The translations under genes were made by a program, and so were the position numbers. The notes below the pieces were generated by a model, which saw only the letters and a program-made list of their open reading frames with translations, was not told where the DNA came from and made no database searches. 64,000 nucleotides of DNA from Macrostomum lignano (taxonomy: Eukaryota), in assembly GCA_002269645.1 (NCBI GenBank), contig NIVC01001614.1, positions 1-64,000 on the forward strand, given 5' to 3'. Shown here piece by piece: positions 35,201-63,901 of this stretch (its first letter is position 1; every line of letters begins with the position of its first letter).

Positions 35201-38200
35201 TGAAGCTAAATTGGTAATCTCGGCTTGGCTCTGCTTGTGCAATTAACACCCAGCTTGAGGGCCAACCCCCAAGGCACAGTGAAGTGCACATGCCTAACGA
35301 TAAAAAAGTTAGGGCCGCTGTACACTCCTGTGTGAGTGTGTGCCTGTGCGTGTGACTGCGTACGCATGGCGCGCTTGTGTGCCTGCTCAGGGGAGTCCTT
35401 TCGGCGTGATTGCTCAGCGCAATGCGTCTCACTGGTTATGTGACAATGTCGCTTAAAGTGCGCCAGGGTGCACACACAGCCCCTGCATCTAATAAAAAGG
35501 ACTATAGTATCCTCCATATAATAAATTAGTTGCCTTCTCCGTGAGCAATTAGGAACTAATCTATTCCAGGATATTTTTTCACCGTATCGAAAATTAACTT
35601 TAATGCGAATCTGAAAGCTTTTTAAATAATTTAATGCGGTATGCATGGTTAATATTGACAGACGATGCAACTAAAGATTACCATTGCAAAGCCGGTTGGT
35701 CATGGTGTATTATAAGTATAGTTTATATCAATGATTAATTACGCATCGTAAACCTAAAACTGTATGGTTATATATCTAATCTATTTATACTGCTATAAAT
35801 TGGTGAGTAGTAAAACTCCCTTTAAACTGTCTGACCGGCTTTACTGTTCATTAAAATATATTTATTACACCGAGACAGAGCAAGAGCGAGAGAGACTGAT
35901 TAAAAGTACACAAGCGAGAGTAGAGAACAGGCTGACAGACGCAGACACAGGCGGGGAAGAGTAGAAATGATCAATAGTCGTGTACACACAGAATGTCTGC
36001 TGTGCATCCACTCCACATCACATCCACTATCTGTCAGCCCGGAGACTGTGTGCACGAGGCCCGCGAACTCAGCTCTCTGACTCGCCCTTCTCTGTCTATC
36101 TGTCTGTCTGTCGCTCTTCCTTCCTCTCCATCGGCTGGTTTGGTTAGGAAAGTCGACCCACCGCTTTGCTTAATAATCTCACCGACAACTGTCTGTCTTG
36201 TGTGTCAACTATTAGGGCGTCAGAGTTGTTATTGCGCGACAGATTTTATTAACTTAAATGGCATGAGTTTCTATTTGCTTTACTTTCGACTGAATTTGCG
36301 ACTTTTAGGCCTAGACATCGAGGCCATCTGTAGGACTGGGGCTGATAGTAGCGCTATCTGTAGGATTGGGGCTGATTGTGGCGCCATCTGTAGGACTGGG
36401 GCTGATTGTGGCGCCATCTGTAGGATTGGGGCTGCTAGTGGCGCTATCTGTACGATTGGGGCTGATTGTGGCGCCATCTGTAGGACTGGGGCTGATAGTG
36501 GCGCCATCTGTAGGACTGGGGCTGATTGTGGCGCCATCTGTAGGACTGGGGCTGATTGTGGCGCCATCTGTAGGACTGGGGCTGATTGTGGCGCCATCTG
36601 TAGGACTGGGGCTGATTGCGGCGCCATCTGTAGGACTGGGGCTGATTGTGGCGCCATCTGTAGGACTGGGGCTGATTGTGGCGCCATCTGTAGGACTGGG
36701 GCTGATTGTAGCGCCATCTATAGGACTGGGGCTGATTGTGGCGCCATCTGTAGGACTGGGGCTGATTGTGGCGCCATCTGTAGGATTGGGGCTGATAGTG
36801 GAGCCAATCTGTAGGACTGGGGCTGATTGTGGCGCCATCTGTAGAACTAGAGCTGATTGTGGCGCCATCTGTAGGACTGGGGCTGATTGTGGCGCCATCT
36901 GTAGAACCATACATGCGCAACCTTGGGAATCACTCGGCCGTTTCTATTGGCAACACACCATGTAAGTCGCTATTGGCTGAGAGCAGTCACGTGACTACTA
37001 TTCCGTCCAGTAGCGACTTACATGTGTGTGTTGCCAATAGAAACGGCCGAGTGAATCCAAGGTTGCGCCCAAGCATGTGTAGAACTGGGACTGATTGTGG
37101 CGCCATCTGTAGGACTGGGGCTGATATTGGCGCCATCTGTAGGACTGGGGCTGATAGTGGCGCCATCTGTAGGATTGGGGCAGAGAATCTGAAAGAAAAC
37201 CTTTGAGTTTTCCTCACCGCACAGTGCTTAACGAACTCTAAAGAAACTGTATTTAATAGTTTAATTATTTTCGATACAAATCATTTAGTGCGTAAAATGT
37301 TCCATATACATGTAGTAATCGCATTTTTAAAATCGGAGTACCTCATGATTAATTACCAAAAAAAACCAATTTATTTCGGTTCAACGATCGGGAAAGTTTG
37401 GTACGCAGTTGATTCTCTATCTAACGAATCTGTGAATTTCATAAAATCCTTGAAATGAAAACCAACTTAGAACCAGTAATAAGATAATTAGCCACACAAG
37501 GTAATTAATCCATCTGATTTTGTAGCATAAACCTTCAATCCTTGCCTTGGTTAGTCAAAGCCTGCTTAGTTTCAAGCTTGCAGCCTTGAATTTTGTTGCC
37601 CGTTTTAACTTCCTTTAACCTTGACCAGCTATGCCGCTTGAAAATGTCCAACTTTAAGCGTTGGTTTCTGCTTTTGACATTGGCGTAAACATGCTTCAGA
37701 AGTGTACGGGTCTGCCCTGTGTTCGCCATGTGTATTCATTGCCGCTTGCCTGCCACTTACCTGTCCTAATACGTATTAAAATGTTTGTTTAATTACAACG
37801 TATTGAATATGTCTCTTCTTCTGTTCAAAAGTTATTTTCTGGCTCGATATGTCTGCTGTAAATTTTTGTCATTTAGTGTTCAGAAATTACGGTCTGATTG
37901 AGTGCATACATTCTGGTCGTTTAGTCATTTGAGTTAGTTATTCTCTCGAATCATTGAGTCATTGAATTATTGTGTCGTCAAATCATTGAGTCATTGAATC
38001 ATAGTCATCAAATCATTGAGTCATTAAATCATTGAGTCATTAAATCATTGAGTCATTAAGTCATTGAGTCATTAAATCATTGAGTCATTAGATCATTGAG
38101 TCATTAAATCATTGAGTCATTAAATCATTGAGTCATTAAATCATTGAGTCATTAAATCATTGAGTCATTAGATCATTGAGTCATTAAATCATTGAGTCAT

Positions 38201-41200
38201 TAAATCATTGAGTCATTAAATCATTGAGTCATTAAATCATTGAGTCATTAAATCATAGAGTCATTAAATCATTGAGTCATTAAATCATTGAGTCATTGAA
38301 TCATAGAGTCACTGAATCATTGAGTCATTAGATCATTGAATCATTGAGTCATGAAATCATTGAGTCATTGAATCATTGAGTCATTAAATCATTGAGTCAT
38401 TGAATCATAGAGTCACTGAATCATTGAGTCATTAGATCATTGAGTCATTGAATCATTGAGTCATTAAATCATTGAGTCATTGAATCATAGAGTCATTAAA
38501 TCATTGAGTCATCAAATCATAGAGTCACTGAATCATTGAGTCATTAAATCATTGAGTCATCAAATCATAGAGTCATTAAATCATTGAGTCATTAAATCAT
38601 TGAGTCATTAAATCATTGAGTCATTAAATCATTGAGTCATTAAATCATTGAGTCATTGAATCATTGAGTCATGAAATCATTGAGTCATTGAATCATTGAG
38701 TCATTGAATCATTGAGTCATTAAATCATTGAGTCATTGAATCATAGAGTCACTGAATCATTGAGTCATTAGATCATTGAGTCATTGAATCATTGAGTCAT
38801 TAAATCATTGAGTCATTGAATCATAGAGTCATTAAATCATTGAGTCATCAAATCATAGAGTCACTGAATCATTGAGTCATTAGATCATTGAGTCATTGAA
38901 TCATTGAGTCATTAAATCATTGAGTCATTAAATCATTGAGTCATTAAATCATTGAGTCATTAAATCATTGAGTCATTAAATCATTGAGTCATTAAATCAT
39001 TGAGTCACTGAATCATTGAGTCATGAAATCATTGAGTCATTAAATCATTGAGTCATCAAATCATAGAGTCATTAAATCATTGAGTCATTAAATCATTGGT
39101 CACTGAATCATTGAGTCATTAAATCATTGAGTCATTAGATATTGCGTCATTAAATAATTGAGTCATTAGATCATTGAGTCATTAAATCATTGAGTCATTA
39201 AATCATTGAGTCATTAAATCATTGGTCACTGAATCATTGAGTCATTAAATCATTGAGTCATTAGATATTGCGTCATTAAATAATTGAGTCATTAGATCAT
39301 TGAGTCATTAGATCATTGAGTCATTGAGTCATTAAATAATTGAGTCATTAGATCATTGAGTCATTAGATCATTGAGTCATTGAGTCATTAAATAATTGAG
39401 TCATTAGATCATTGAGTCATTAAATCATTGAGTCATTAAATCATTGAGTCATTAAATAATTGAGTCATTAAATCATTGAGTCATTAAATCATTGGTCACT
39501 GAATCATTGAGTCATTGAATCGTCGAGTCATTGAGTTATGCAATAATTAAGTCATCAGTCTCCCGTGGAATTTAGCGCCAAAGACGCTTACTTACGAGTA
39601 CGAATAAGTGAATTTACGGCACAGCAAGCAAATAGAAAACCAAACAACGCATTTTAAAACCTCAATTTCGCCGATCAATCCGCAGGCGACATCCTGCTGG
39701 AATGGCCCGGCAGCGATCAGCTGACCATTCTGGCCCTGCTGAACCCCAGCCTGCGCACTCTGGCGGAACAGCTCGCCACTATTCAGCCTCGCCACCCAAA
39801 TCGTCGTATTGTCTACGCTGGCCCGTTGTCGAATTCATCCGGTTGGCAACTGCGCGACGCCTTCGTGACACCTGGCCGATTGGCTCACCTGGCCGGAGAC
39901 TCGGCCAGTATTGCAGCCTCCAATAATCTCAGCATTTTTGAAGAGGAGAATAGCGATGATCAGATGTTGGCTCAGTTCTCGTCTTCGCTAATTGATCGAA
40001 CCGTTGCTATTAGCAACGATGCCAGTAACGGTTCAATGAAAATGCGACCGCCGGCCGACGCATCGGCTGCCGGTTCAATCGACTGCTCAAATCGCCCGGC
40101 TGTCTACCTGTTCCCCGAAGCTGAGTGCCCGTCACTATGCCTATGCGTTGACGGCTACTGTCTAGTTAGCGGCCTGGGCGTTAGCAACTCGCCAAGCGCC
40201 TGGCGATTCCTAGCCTGGCTGGTTCGCATCGATGCCCTGCTGTTGACTAATTGGTCCGAATCTGCCGGACTTGGCGCTCTGCTCGGCCATCTGGACGGTT
40301 GCGGCGGCGGCGGGCCGAAGCTTCAAGCCTGCCTGATTCCTGGCAAGCCGCCGGCCAGCTCTGCCGCCGTGTACGATCTCATGCGCTCGTTTAATGGCGG
40401 CAATGGACTGCACGTTCAGGAGGCTTTGTCGTCTTTATCGGCTAAGAAGCCGACAGAGCCGCTCATTCTGTACTCAATGGTCGGTCGAGGCTGCCTTAAC
40501 CTCTATTGTTTCCCTGTTGCTGAGCAGCAGCAGCAGCAGAAGACTAAGCCTGCTGTGGCTAAATCAAAAGATTCCGCGGCCAACGCGGCTAATTCTTTTA
40601 TTAGTCTGTTAGTCTGGCAGCCGGCAGCTAAACAGGCGGACACTGCGGCTGCCTGGTCAAGAGTGTTGCTACCAGGCGCTGCCACCTATTCGCAGGTGTT
40701 GCAGGCGTTAGATCGGGGCGACGCCAAATCTATGGACTGTTTGCGCTCGCCAGTGTACACCGGACCGCAGGCCGCTGCCGCTGCTGCTGCGCCTACCTCG
40801 AAGAAAACTTCAACAGCCCCTGCTGCTGCTTCTGCCGCAAAGAAATCGTCGATTGTCAGCAAGGCAAAGCCAACAGCCGCTGCGCCAGCTGTCAAAGCTC
40901 CGGCGGCCTCTTCATCTTCAAAGCCAACATCGGCCGTGGCGTCCAAGTCTTCTAAGTCGCCTAGTCCGGCGCCAGCTGCTACGCAGGCGTCGACTGGCGC
41001 CGTTAAGAAAGCCCCGGCAGCCGCGTCCACGGCTAAGCGAGGAGTCGTCGCACCTGCCGCCGCTGCCTCGAAACCAGTCGCGAAGCCGACCGCCAAATCG
41101 GCGCCGGCGGTTAAACTGGCCCCGACAAAATCGGCAGCAACAAACGCTGCTGCAAAGCCAACAACAGCCGTTTCGAGGCCGCCTGCTAAAACTGCGCCAA

Positions 41201-44200
41201 CTGTTGCGGCTAAGGCGCCGGCTAAACCCGAACCGAAGAAGGCGACCTCTCCGGCTCCAAAGGCTAAAGCGGAACCAGCTGTACCAAAGGCTGCCAAGGC
41301 TCCTGTCAAAGCTAAGGAAACTGCTTCTGCTCCTTCTGCTGCTGCTGCTGCTGCAACTGCCGCAAAGAAAAAAGCTCCGGCGAAAAAGCCACCTGCGGAA
41401 GTTGAGCCCGTTCCAAAAGCAGAAGACATTGTGACTGATAAGCCTCAGGACACCACAGATCTTACCGATGTTGTTGAACAGACAACGCAAGACATTGTTG
41501 AGGTATCTCAGGAAGAGCAGAAATCTCGTGACATTGTTGAAGCTGGAAATGAGGAAGAGCAGAAATCTCACGAGATCCTTAAGGCTGCCGATGTGGAAGA
41601 GCAGAAATCTCACGAGATCCCTGAGGCTACCGATGAGGAAGATCAGAAATCGCAGATCTTTGAGGCTGCCGATGAGGAAGATCAAAAATCGCACGAGATC
41701 CTTGAGACTGCTGATGAGGAAGATCAGAAATCGCACGAGATCCCTGAGGCTGCCGATGAGGAAGATCAGAAATCTCACGAGATTCTTGAGGCTGCCGATG
41801 AGGAAGATCAGAAATCGCACGAGATCCTTGAGGCTGCCGATGAGGAAGATCAGAAATCGCACGATCTCCTTGAGGCTGCCGATGAGGAAGAGCAGAAATC
41901 TCACGAGATTCTTGAGGCTGCCGATGAGGAAGATCAGAAATCTCACGAGATCCTTGAGGCTGCCGATGAGGAAGATCAGAAATCGCACGAGATCCTTGAG
42001 GCTGCCGATGAGGAAGATCAGAAATCGCATGATATCGTCGAGGCTGACGATGATGAGGAGCAGAAATCTCAAGAGTTGGCTGATGATTATAATGATGAGA
42101 AACTGGAATCTAACGACATTACAGAGTCGGACGAGCAAGTTTCTAAAGACTTTACGGGAACCAATGATGCACACGAGAATCACCCTGAGAATGATGTTGC
42201 CCAGATGGCACAGGACGTGAATGAAGATGAAAATCTTAATCCAAATAATCAGCAGCTAATTGGTCTTCACGATCAAAGTCACGAAGGACTCGGGGAATTC
42301 GAGAAAGATCATTCGCCTAACATATTTGGTAATGGCAATCAGAAGCCTCAGGACATGTTCGGCGGTGATGCTGGGACACCCCAGGACGTATTCGGCGACG
42401 AGAGTCAGAAGCCACAGGACATGTTCGGCGATGAGACTCAGAAGCCACAGGAGATGTTCGGCGATGAGAGTCTGAAGCCACAGGACATGTTCGGCGATGA
42501 GACTCAGAAGCCACAGGACATGTTCGGAAATGAGACTCAGAAGCCACAGGACATGTTCGGAGATGAGATTCAGAAGCCCCAGGACATGTTCGGCGATGAG
42601 ACTCAGAAGCCACAGGACATGTTCGGCGATGAGACTCAGAAGCCACAGGACATGTTCGGAAATGAGACTCAGAAGCCACAGGACATGTTCGGAGATGAGA
42701 TTCAGAAGCCCCAGGACATGTTCGGCGATGAGACTCAGAAGCCACAGGACATGTTCGGAGATGAGATTCAGAAGCCACAGGACATGTTCGGCGATGAGAG
42801 TCAGAAGCCACAGGACATGTGCGGCGATGAGAGTCAGAAGCCACAGGACATGTGCGGCGATGAGAGTCAGAAGCCAAAGGACATGTTCGGCGATGAGACT
42901 CAGAAGCCGCAGGATATGTTCGGAAATGAGACTCAGAAGCCACAGGACATGTTCGGAGATGAAATTCAGAAGCCACAGGACATGTTCGGCGATGAGAGTC
43001 AGAAGCCCCAGGACATGTTCGGAGATGAGAGTCAGAAGCCCCAGGACATGTTCGGCGATGAGAGTCAGAAGCCACAGGACATGTTCGGAGATGAGAGTCA
43101 GACAGCTCACGTGTTTAGCAACGGTGGCAATGGCAAAAATTACTCGGACGCTATCCAGACAATGCGACCTCGTTACCATAGCAGCCAGTCTGGCGACGGA
43201 GCCAGCGCTAGCGATGATCCCGTTGATGACGATGACCAAATTGGCACCGAAGAGGTCGACGATATCGTGTGGCGCGGACCTGGCAATGCCATGCAGCAGC
43301 AGCCGCTGGAGCCGTCACCAAAATTGGACACGGATTACCTACCCGGCAACGACGACGGACACCGACTGTCGGCTATGGAAGATGCCGAGGCTGTCCGGCC
43401 AGTGTCCGGTGAGTACGGCTTCGCCCGCGATTCCGACGACAACAACGACGACGACAACGATTCGGTGAAATTGGCACCGCCGGCTATTATCGGTAAATCG
43501 ACGCTCGACAGTGTAGACGAATTCGGTAATAACGACACTAGCGGTGGCAGCCTCCCAATGCCTGGCAGCGCCAACGGCAACGGCACTTCGTCTTATCTGT
43601 CCGATTCTGTGCTTCAAGCTAACGCTGAGGCCGATTCTACGGCTGGAGTTGGTGACGATGATTTGGCCGGAGTTGGCATGACAGATTCGTTCTATCGACA
43701 CGGCAACGGGGGCGCTGGCGACCTGGACCAGCTGCAGCAACAGCCACAGATAGATCCAATCAGCGGCTGGGATCAGCCTCTGGGACTTCCAGCTCCGCCA
43801 CCGTCCGCCGCGTCGAAGCGACCGACATCTTCATCGACAAATTCGTCCTCATCAACCGGTGCGGTTTATTGGTTCGACTTGGCCTACATTCCCGGCTGCG
43901 GCCAGCCTAACAGCGTCGATGTTGAATTTTTCCGACGCGTTCGAGCTCGTCACTACGCTCTGGCTAGCTGCCAGCCGGATACCAGCGTGTTGAACGCACT
44001 GCTGGAAGCTAAATTGGCCTCTTGGCCAGCTGAAGAGACCTGCTTAGTGCCGGCTTACGACACGGAGACCATGTCCTGCTGGCTTGGCGCCAATGCCACC
44101 CGCTTAGCCGAGGCCAACATTCGCGTGGCCCCGGCTGTGGCCGGCTGTCAGGTGCGAATGGGCTCTGGCGACTCGGCCGGATGCGCCGGCTACAGGGTTG

Positions 44201-44208
44201 AGCTGTGA
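32266..44208 (+). CDS. futsch: Microtubule-associated protein 1 (MAP1A/B/S, Futsch) homolog, 1571 aa
   Basis: Exons 32266-32359, 33215-33313 and 39686-44208, phases consistent (4716 nt). N-terminal CIVVVG...GIKSW matches MAP1. The C-terminal light-chain domain FDLAYIP...VDVEFFRRVRARHY...VLNALLEAK...LVPAYDTE...GYRVEL* matches the MAP1 LC1/2 consensus. Confidence 0.92.
34770..35095 (+). repeat. Short copy of the AP-1-site satellite element (GACTCAATGATTTAAT units) with a unique head GGAGACT...
   Basis: Reverse complement of the units at 37945-39540, with shared head sequence. Confidence 0.8.
35133..35500 (+). mobile_element. tRNA-derived SINE family 1, full-length copy
   Basis: GGGGGCCGTAGCCCAGTGG (A box 35141-35151), GGCTCGATTCC (B box 35174-35184), the shared body and an A-rich end. 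Confidence 0.85.
36322..37180. repeat. 30-bp minisatellite (GTGGCGCCATCTGTAGGACTGGGGCTGATT), interrupted by a MITE
   Basis: Read directly; lies in MAP1 intron 2. Confidence 0.96.
36908..37077. mobile_element. hAT-type fold-back MITE, 170 bp
   Basis: Left end CATACATGCGCAAC; about 65-bp internal inverted arms; 8-bp TSD TGTAGAAC (36900-36907, 37078-37085). Confidence 0.85.
37945..39563 (-). repeat. 16-bp satellite (ATTGAGTCATTAAATC), about 95 copies, each containing TGAGTCA
   Basis: Read directly; ends about 120 bp upstream of the MAP1 exon 3 acceptor. Confidence 0.97.
41500..42080 (+). repeat. Coding 42-bp/14-aa repeat (EAADEEDQKSHEIL), about 13 copies, in MAP1
   Basis: Translation of the 39826-44208 ORF. 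Confidence 0.95.
42340..43100 (+). repeat. Coding 33-bp/11-aa repeat (QKPQDMFGDE[T/S/I]), about 23 copies, in MAP1
   Basis: Translation of the 39826-44208 ORF. Confidence 0.95.
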
Positions 44209-47098
44209 AGCCGCTGAGTTGTTTGATAAGGACGTTTGAAACGATATAAGAAACGAAACAAAAACTATAAACTGTATAGATTCAACCAAGACTTGGGGCA
44301 CTTTAACCTTCTCAAACTATCCCATGGATGAGGGAATATATGATTTATACTTAGTTACCTAAACAAGGAAGCCTGTAATATCGCACAAATTTACGTCATT
44401 ACAACAGATTTCCTTAGCCCGTTGAAAACGATACCGTGACAAGAATTGCTAAAAAGTCGTTGCAACCAACTCACTTACTAGTGACTCTAGCAACTCTGGG
44501 GCGGCTCTTGTGACTTTTTGACGACTCAAACGCGTATAATGCAACGGAGAGGCGACTGTTGCGTCATAATCACAAGCGCGTCGCGTGAGTTGTAGAATCG
44601 TAAAAAAATCGTCAAGCGACGCAAAGGCGCTCAGTGACTCTAAAGCGACTCTAGCACGCCTCAGATACGACTCCACGGCCCCAGAGTCGTTCTACCGTCG
44701 CTCCAGAGTCGCAGACAAATAAAAGGCTTTAATGTGACTCTTAAGCGACTGACTCTTTGACGACTTTTTGGCGACTTTTACCGTGACATCTCGTCGTTTT
44801 TGAGTCGTCTAGAGTCGCTTCTTTTATATTTTACCCGTGCTACCTGCAACGACTCTGAAACGCTTCTTGACCTAGGTGCCGTTTTCATTGGGTAGTTCAC
44901 AACTAGATATTTCGCTGACAGGCCAGTCCATTAATCCACGTATTTATGGCTCAGTTAATTTGGTTAGATAGCGAGTTAAGAGAGGATCGAAATTGATATG
45001 ATTGAGGACTAAGTCCAATTTAATTCATTCTTACTTGCCATTGTCCGTTGAGTAATCTTTTGTTTGTTTCATCGCTTGTTAAAGATCACAAGGTCTTTCC
45101 ATCAATGCTTGATTAAAACAAAATAAAACAGCCCTTCTTGATGATTTTAAGGTAGTTTGTGTACTTTTGTAGTCAAGCTGGATAATAATTAAAAAAAAGT
45201 AGCGAAACGGCTTTTTGTTGAAGAAAAGTCTGTGGAAAATTTCTATTAATTATCCATTTATTAATTTTATTTTATTTTTGTACTGATATTCGCGTTTAAA
45301 TTTATTAATGTCGCTTTAACAATTGCGCTATTTTTATTTCCGCTATAATTATATTTTGAATATAACGAATCACATTTGCTGCACGCTTATTGCAATTGAT
45401 AAATAGTAAATTCAAAGTCCGCTGTTATATTCAGAAGCACCTCAGTACTTACTTGTCAACGTCTCTTGTTTTATTTTATTCCCGCTTTTATCTTTTAACA
45501 AAAAGTGTAACTAAATCTGTGTGTGAATGTGCAATTTTTTAGCGAAATTATTAGTCGAAAATTCAACCGCAATATAACCTGGCTACAATTAATTGACATT
45601 GTTACTGCATTGGATGTTGTTTGTACTTTTTTTTAATTACTAATTCGACAATTGAAATTTGTCTGTTTGTCCGGCTGTCAAAAAACAAGCTTTCTAAAAA
45701 CATTTTACAGCTTAAATTTGCCTTAAGAGAATAAACCCGTGTTTACTAATTAAACTGTGCCGCTTTCAATGTTTCACTTTTTATTGTCACAGCTCGCTAT
45801 CTGGATATGTCTAGCTTTTTTGTTTGTTTTTGTTTATTTATAATATATTTATTTGTGGGTAATTTATGCTACAAAATTTATTTTAGTGTCCCTAAACTTT
45901 GGTTTGACCGTTTTTAACTCCTATTTATAATGAAATCTGTTTGTGTCTACATTGTCATGATTAATTATAATTAATTTTTACCAAGCAATGATTAACCGGT
46001 TATCCATGTATTAAAATTCGATTCTATTAAAGCTTGAATTATAGCTGGCAAGCCTTGCTACTAATTAATTATATTGAAATTCTAAGTGTTGTGCAGCTGC
46101 CCAGTGCTTTTTGAAAGCTTTAGCATAACTCTCGAAACTTTATAAAGTCCGATTTTTTTGCAAAAATTATAACAAAAAATAAATTCATAAAGGAAAAGCC
46201 ATTCACACAACCCAGCGGAGAGAGGCCGCGCGCCTTTCCGAGCGCCTCTCTCTGGCTTCCTTATTTCTTTCTAAATGCACTGCTTTGCCCAGTTTCGCTT
46301 TACAAATCTTTCTGACTTGAAACGCATTCAGTTCTTTAACTACGTTTAGCCTGGATTCCTTGACCCGGAAGAAATCCGTTTCTTTTCGTGGGAATTCACG
46401 TCAGGTCGTAAACTACATCTGCTACTTCGCTGCAATAAAATGTGATTTAAAATCCGTTTGTAAAAAAACAAAAAAAAACGAAAAAAAGAAATCAATTTTG
46501 TTAGCTAAAATATAGTTATACGAGTACTTTAGTCGATGTATAATTTAATGTATATATAAATATACCAGGTAACATCCGTCTAAAGTTTGTTTAATAGGCA
46601 ACCTTAAATAAAAGTGTTACATGTCATGTAATAAATAATTATATAAGAATTCAAATTAATTGTTAAGGTGTAGAAAAGATTAACAACAATCTTCTATTAC
46701 GCAAAAAATCGCGAAAACACTCGATAGAAAATATATGGAGATTTTTAATATATAAAAATTATCACAGCTGTTCTTTCAACCCATTAGTTTGATAACGTTT
46801 AGTTTGGCAAGTTTTGTTTATAATAATAAATAACAATTACAGTCAATCATAGATAATAACTCGCCTTAATCACAACAGCGATAGGGAGGCATAGAGGCAA
46901 TGTGCTGGAAGAAAGACTGCCATTAATCAATTGTTGGTTTCTTTTCATGTTATTTTCCTAATCAGAATCTCTGCAGCTCAATGAGGCTGTTGTACCAACA
47001 GAATGAAGGATGTGAATCTTTACTGAGGATTTTGTCTGCTAGATTTTCTTATTTAAAAAAGTACATGAGCTTGTACTAAAAAACATTCGAGATAGAGC

Positions 47099-58654
<11,556 letters not shown>

Positions 58655-60154
58655 GTCAAAGCCAGGAGTGTTGGTAGGGTTGTCTTTTTTGCTTTAATAT
58701 TTAAATGGACGACAAATTAGCCAAGGAATATTGTAAAATGATCTTTCAAGTTTTCTGAATGGTACCTATCCAAATATTCCAATCATTTAACTGTATAGAG
58801 TCTTTAAAAGTTCATTAGGCTAAATAACGCAGGATTTCCCTAATTTCATTCATTCGAGACAAGAAAAAAGACAATTTTAAAAGATAAATCAACTACAGTT
58901 TTGTTTCTTTGCATCAATCTAATTTTTTTGTTTCGACGCTTTGTTGCATTGAAAATCGATAATGAACTTTTTAACAAAATACATTTGAAGCTATACTTTT
59001 AGCTATATAGGCATAGCTATGTATAAATGCTTTTTGCTAGAATTAAAAGTAACAAAAATTTGTCAATAACTTTTTTTCGTCTACTAGTATTTTTGAGACC
59101 CTATTACAGAAACCCAAAATTTTTTTATTGTGATAACTGATTGTCTGCACTCTGTAAAAGGTGATAATAAGTGAAATGGATCATTGCTTTGAAGGAAAAT
59201 TTCTTGAAAAATAATTATGTATTGATGATAAAATTAACAGCAGCTGTTGTTGGGTGCAATAAAATTTCAAAAGTGATGGGTTAGCGGGCTCGATGAAATA
59301 AATATAAGGCGAAATTTAAGTACTGTACTTACTTGCTTTACTGTACTGTGTACTGTACACTATACAGTAAACATACTAAATATTGGATTTTCTTAGCTAA
59401 ATTGGGAGGAAATAGCCTCCTAGACCTAAATAAAAATATCCAACTGCTAGCTTTCCTACGCCAATACTATACGTAGTATACTATACCTAGTTACTATATC
59501 ATACCTGGTTATCTAAAACCTAGACAAAAGTATCATAGCCGTGTAGCGAATGAGCGAAGTAGCAATTTTGTTGTATTAGGAAGTATTGCCAAACACTATT
59601 GTGTGCTATTGTGACGACTGCCAAACAAAAAATTCGACAAAGCTCTAGCAGATTGGCTTTCTGTGAGCTGATATTAAACCCGGATGGTTATATTCTAGGA
59701 GCTGTCTAATAGCATTGTACATTACGCAGTGTCAGTGTCAGAGTCCAAGAAATGGAAAACTTGGAAAAACATTCTCACTTGTTGAAAATTTAACTCCCAC
59801 TCAAAAAAGTTGAAAGTGATTATTGCAAGATTCAACTAGCAACACGTAGTTAATGCTTTAGTTGCAATATTAGGAATATTTTATAAGTTTTTTTATTACT
59901 TTTTAAAGATTAGCCAGTAATTAAAGTGAGCTTTGTGTAGCATGTATTAGTAATATTTGTTTTAGCAAGCAAAGTTTTTGTCTATTTTTAATATTGAATG
60001 TTTGTCTATATTGGACCGGCCAATGAAGACAATAATATACTCTGCGAATTCAATGCTATATATTTTCATATCAAGAAATAGTTATCTTTTGTGAAACTTA
60101 TTACTACTCTATAATCTCCAGTTCTCCACTATATCAAGGAAAGGCGTGAACAAA

Positions 60155-63901
<3,747 letters not shown>

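Noticed and set aside
35993-37217. Cys-rich GADCGAICRT repeat protein (273 aa) and overlapping ORFs
   Set aside because: All six frames are open because the 30-bp unit is a multiple of 3 without stops. It lies in an intron and is interrupted by a MITE.
40686-43740. Long antisense and alternative-frame ORFs over the MAP1 repeats
   Set aside because: These are by-products of low-complexity coding repeats.
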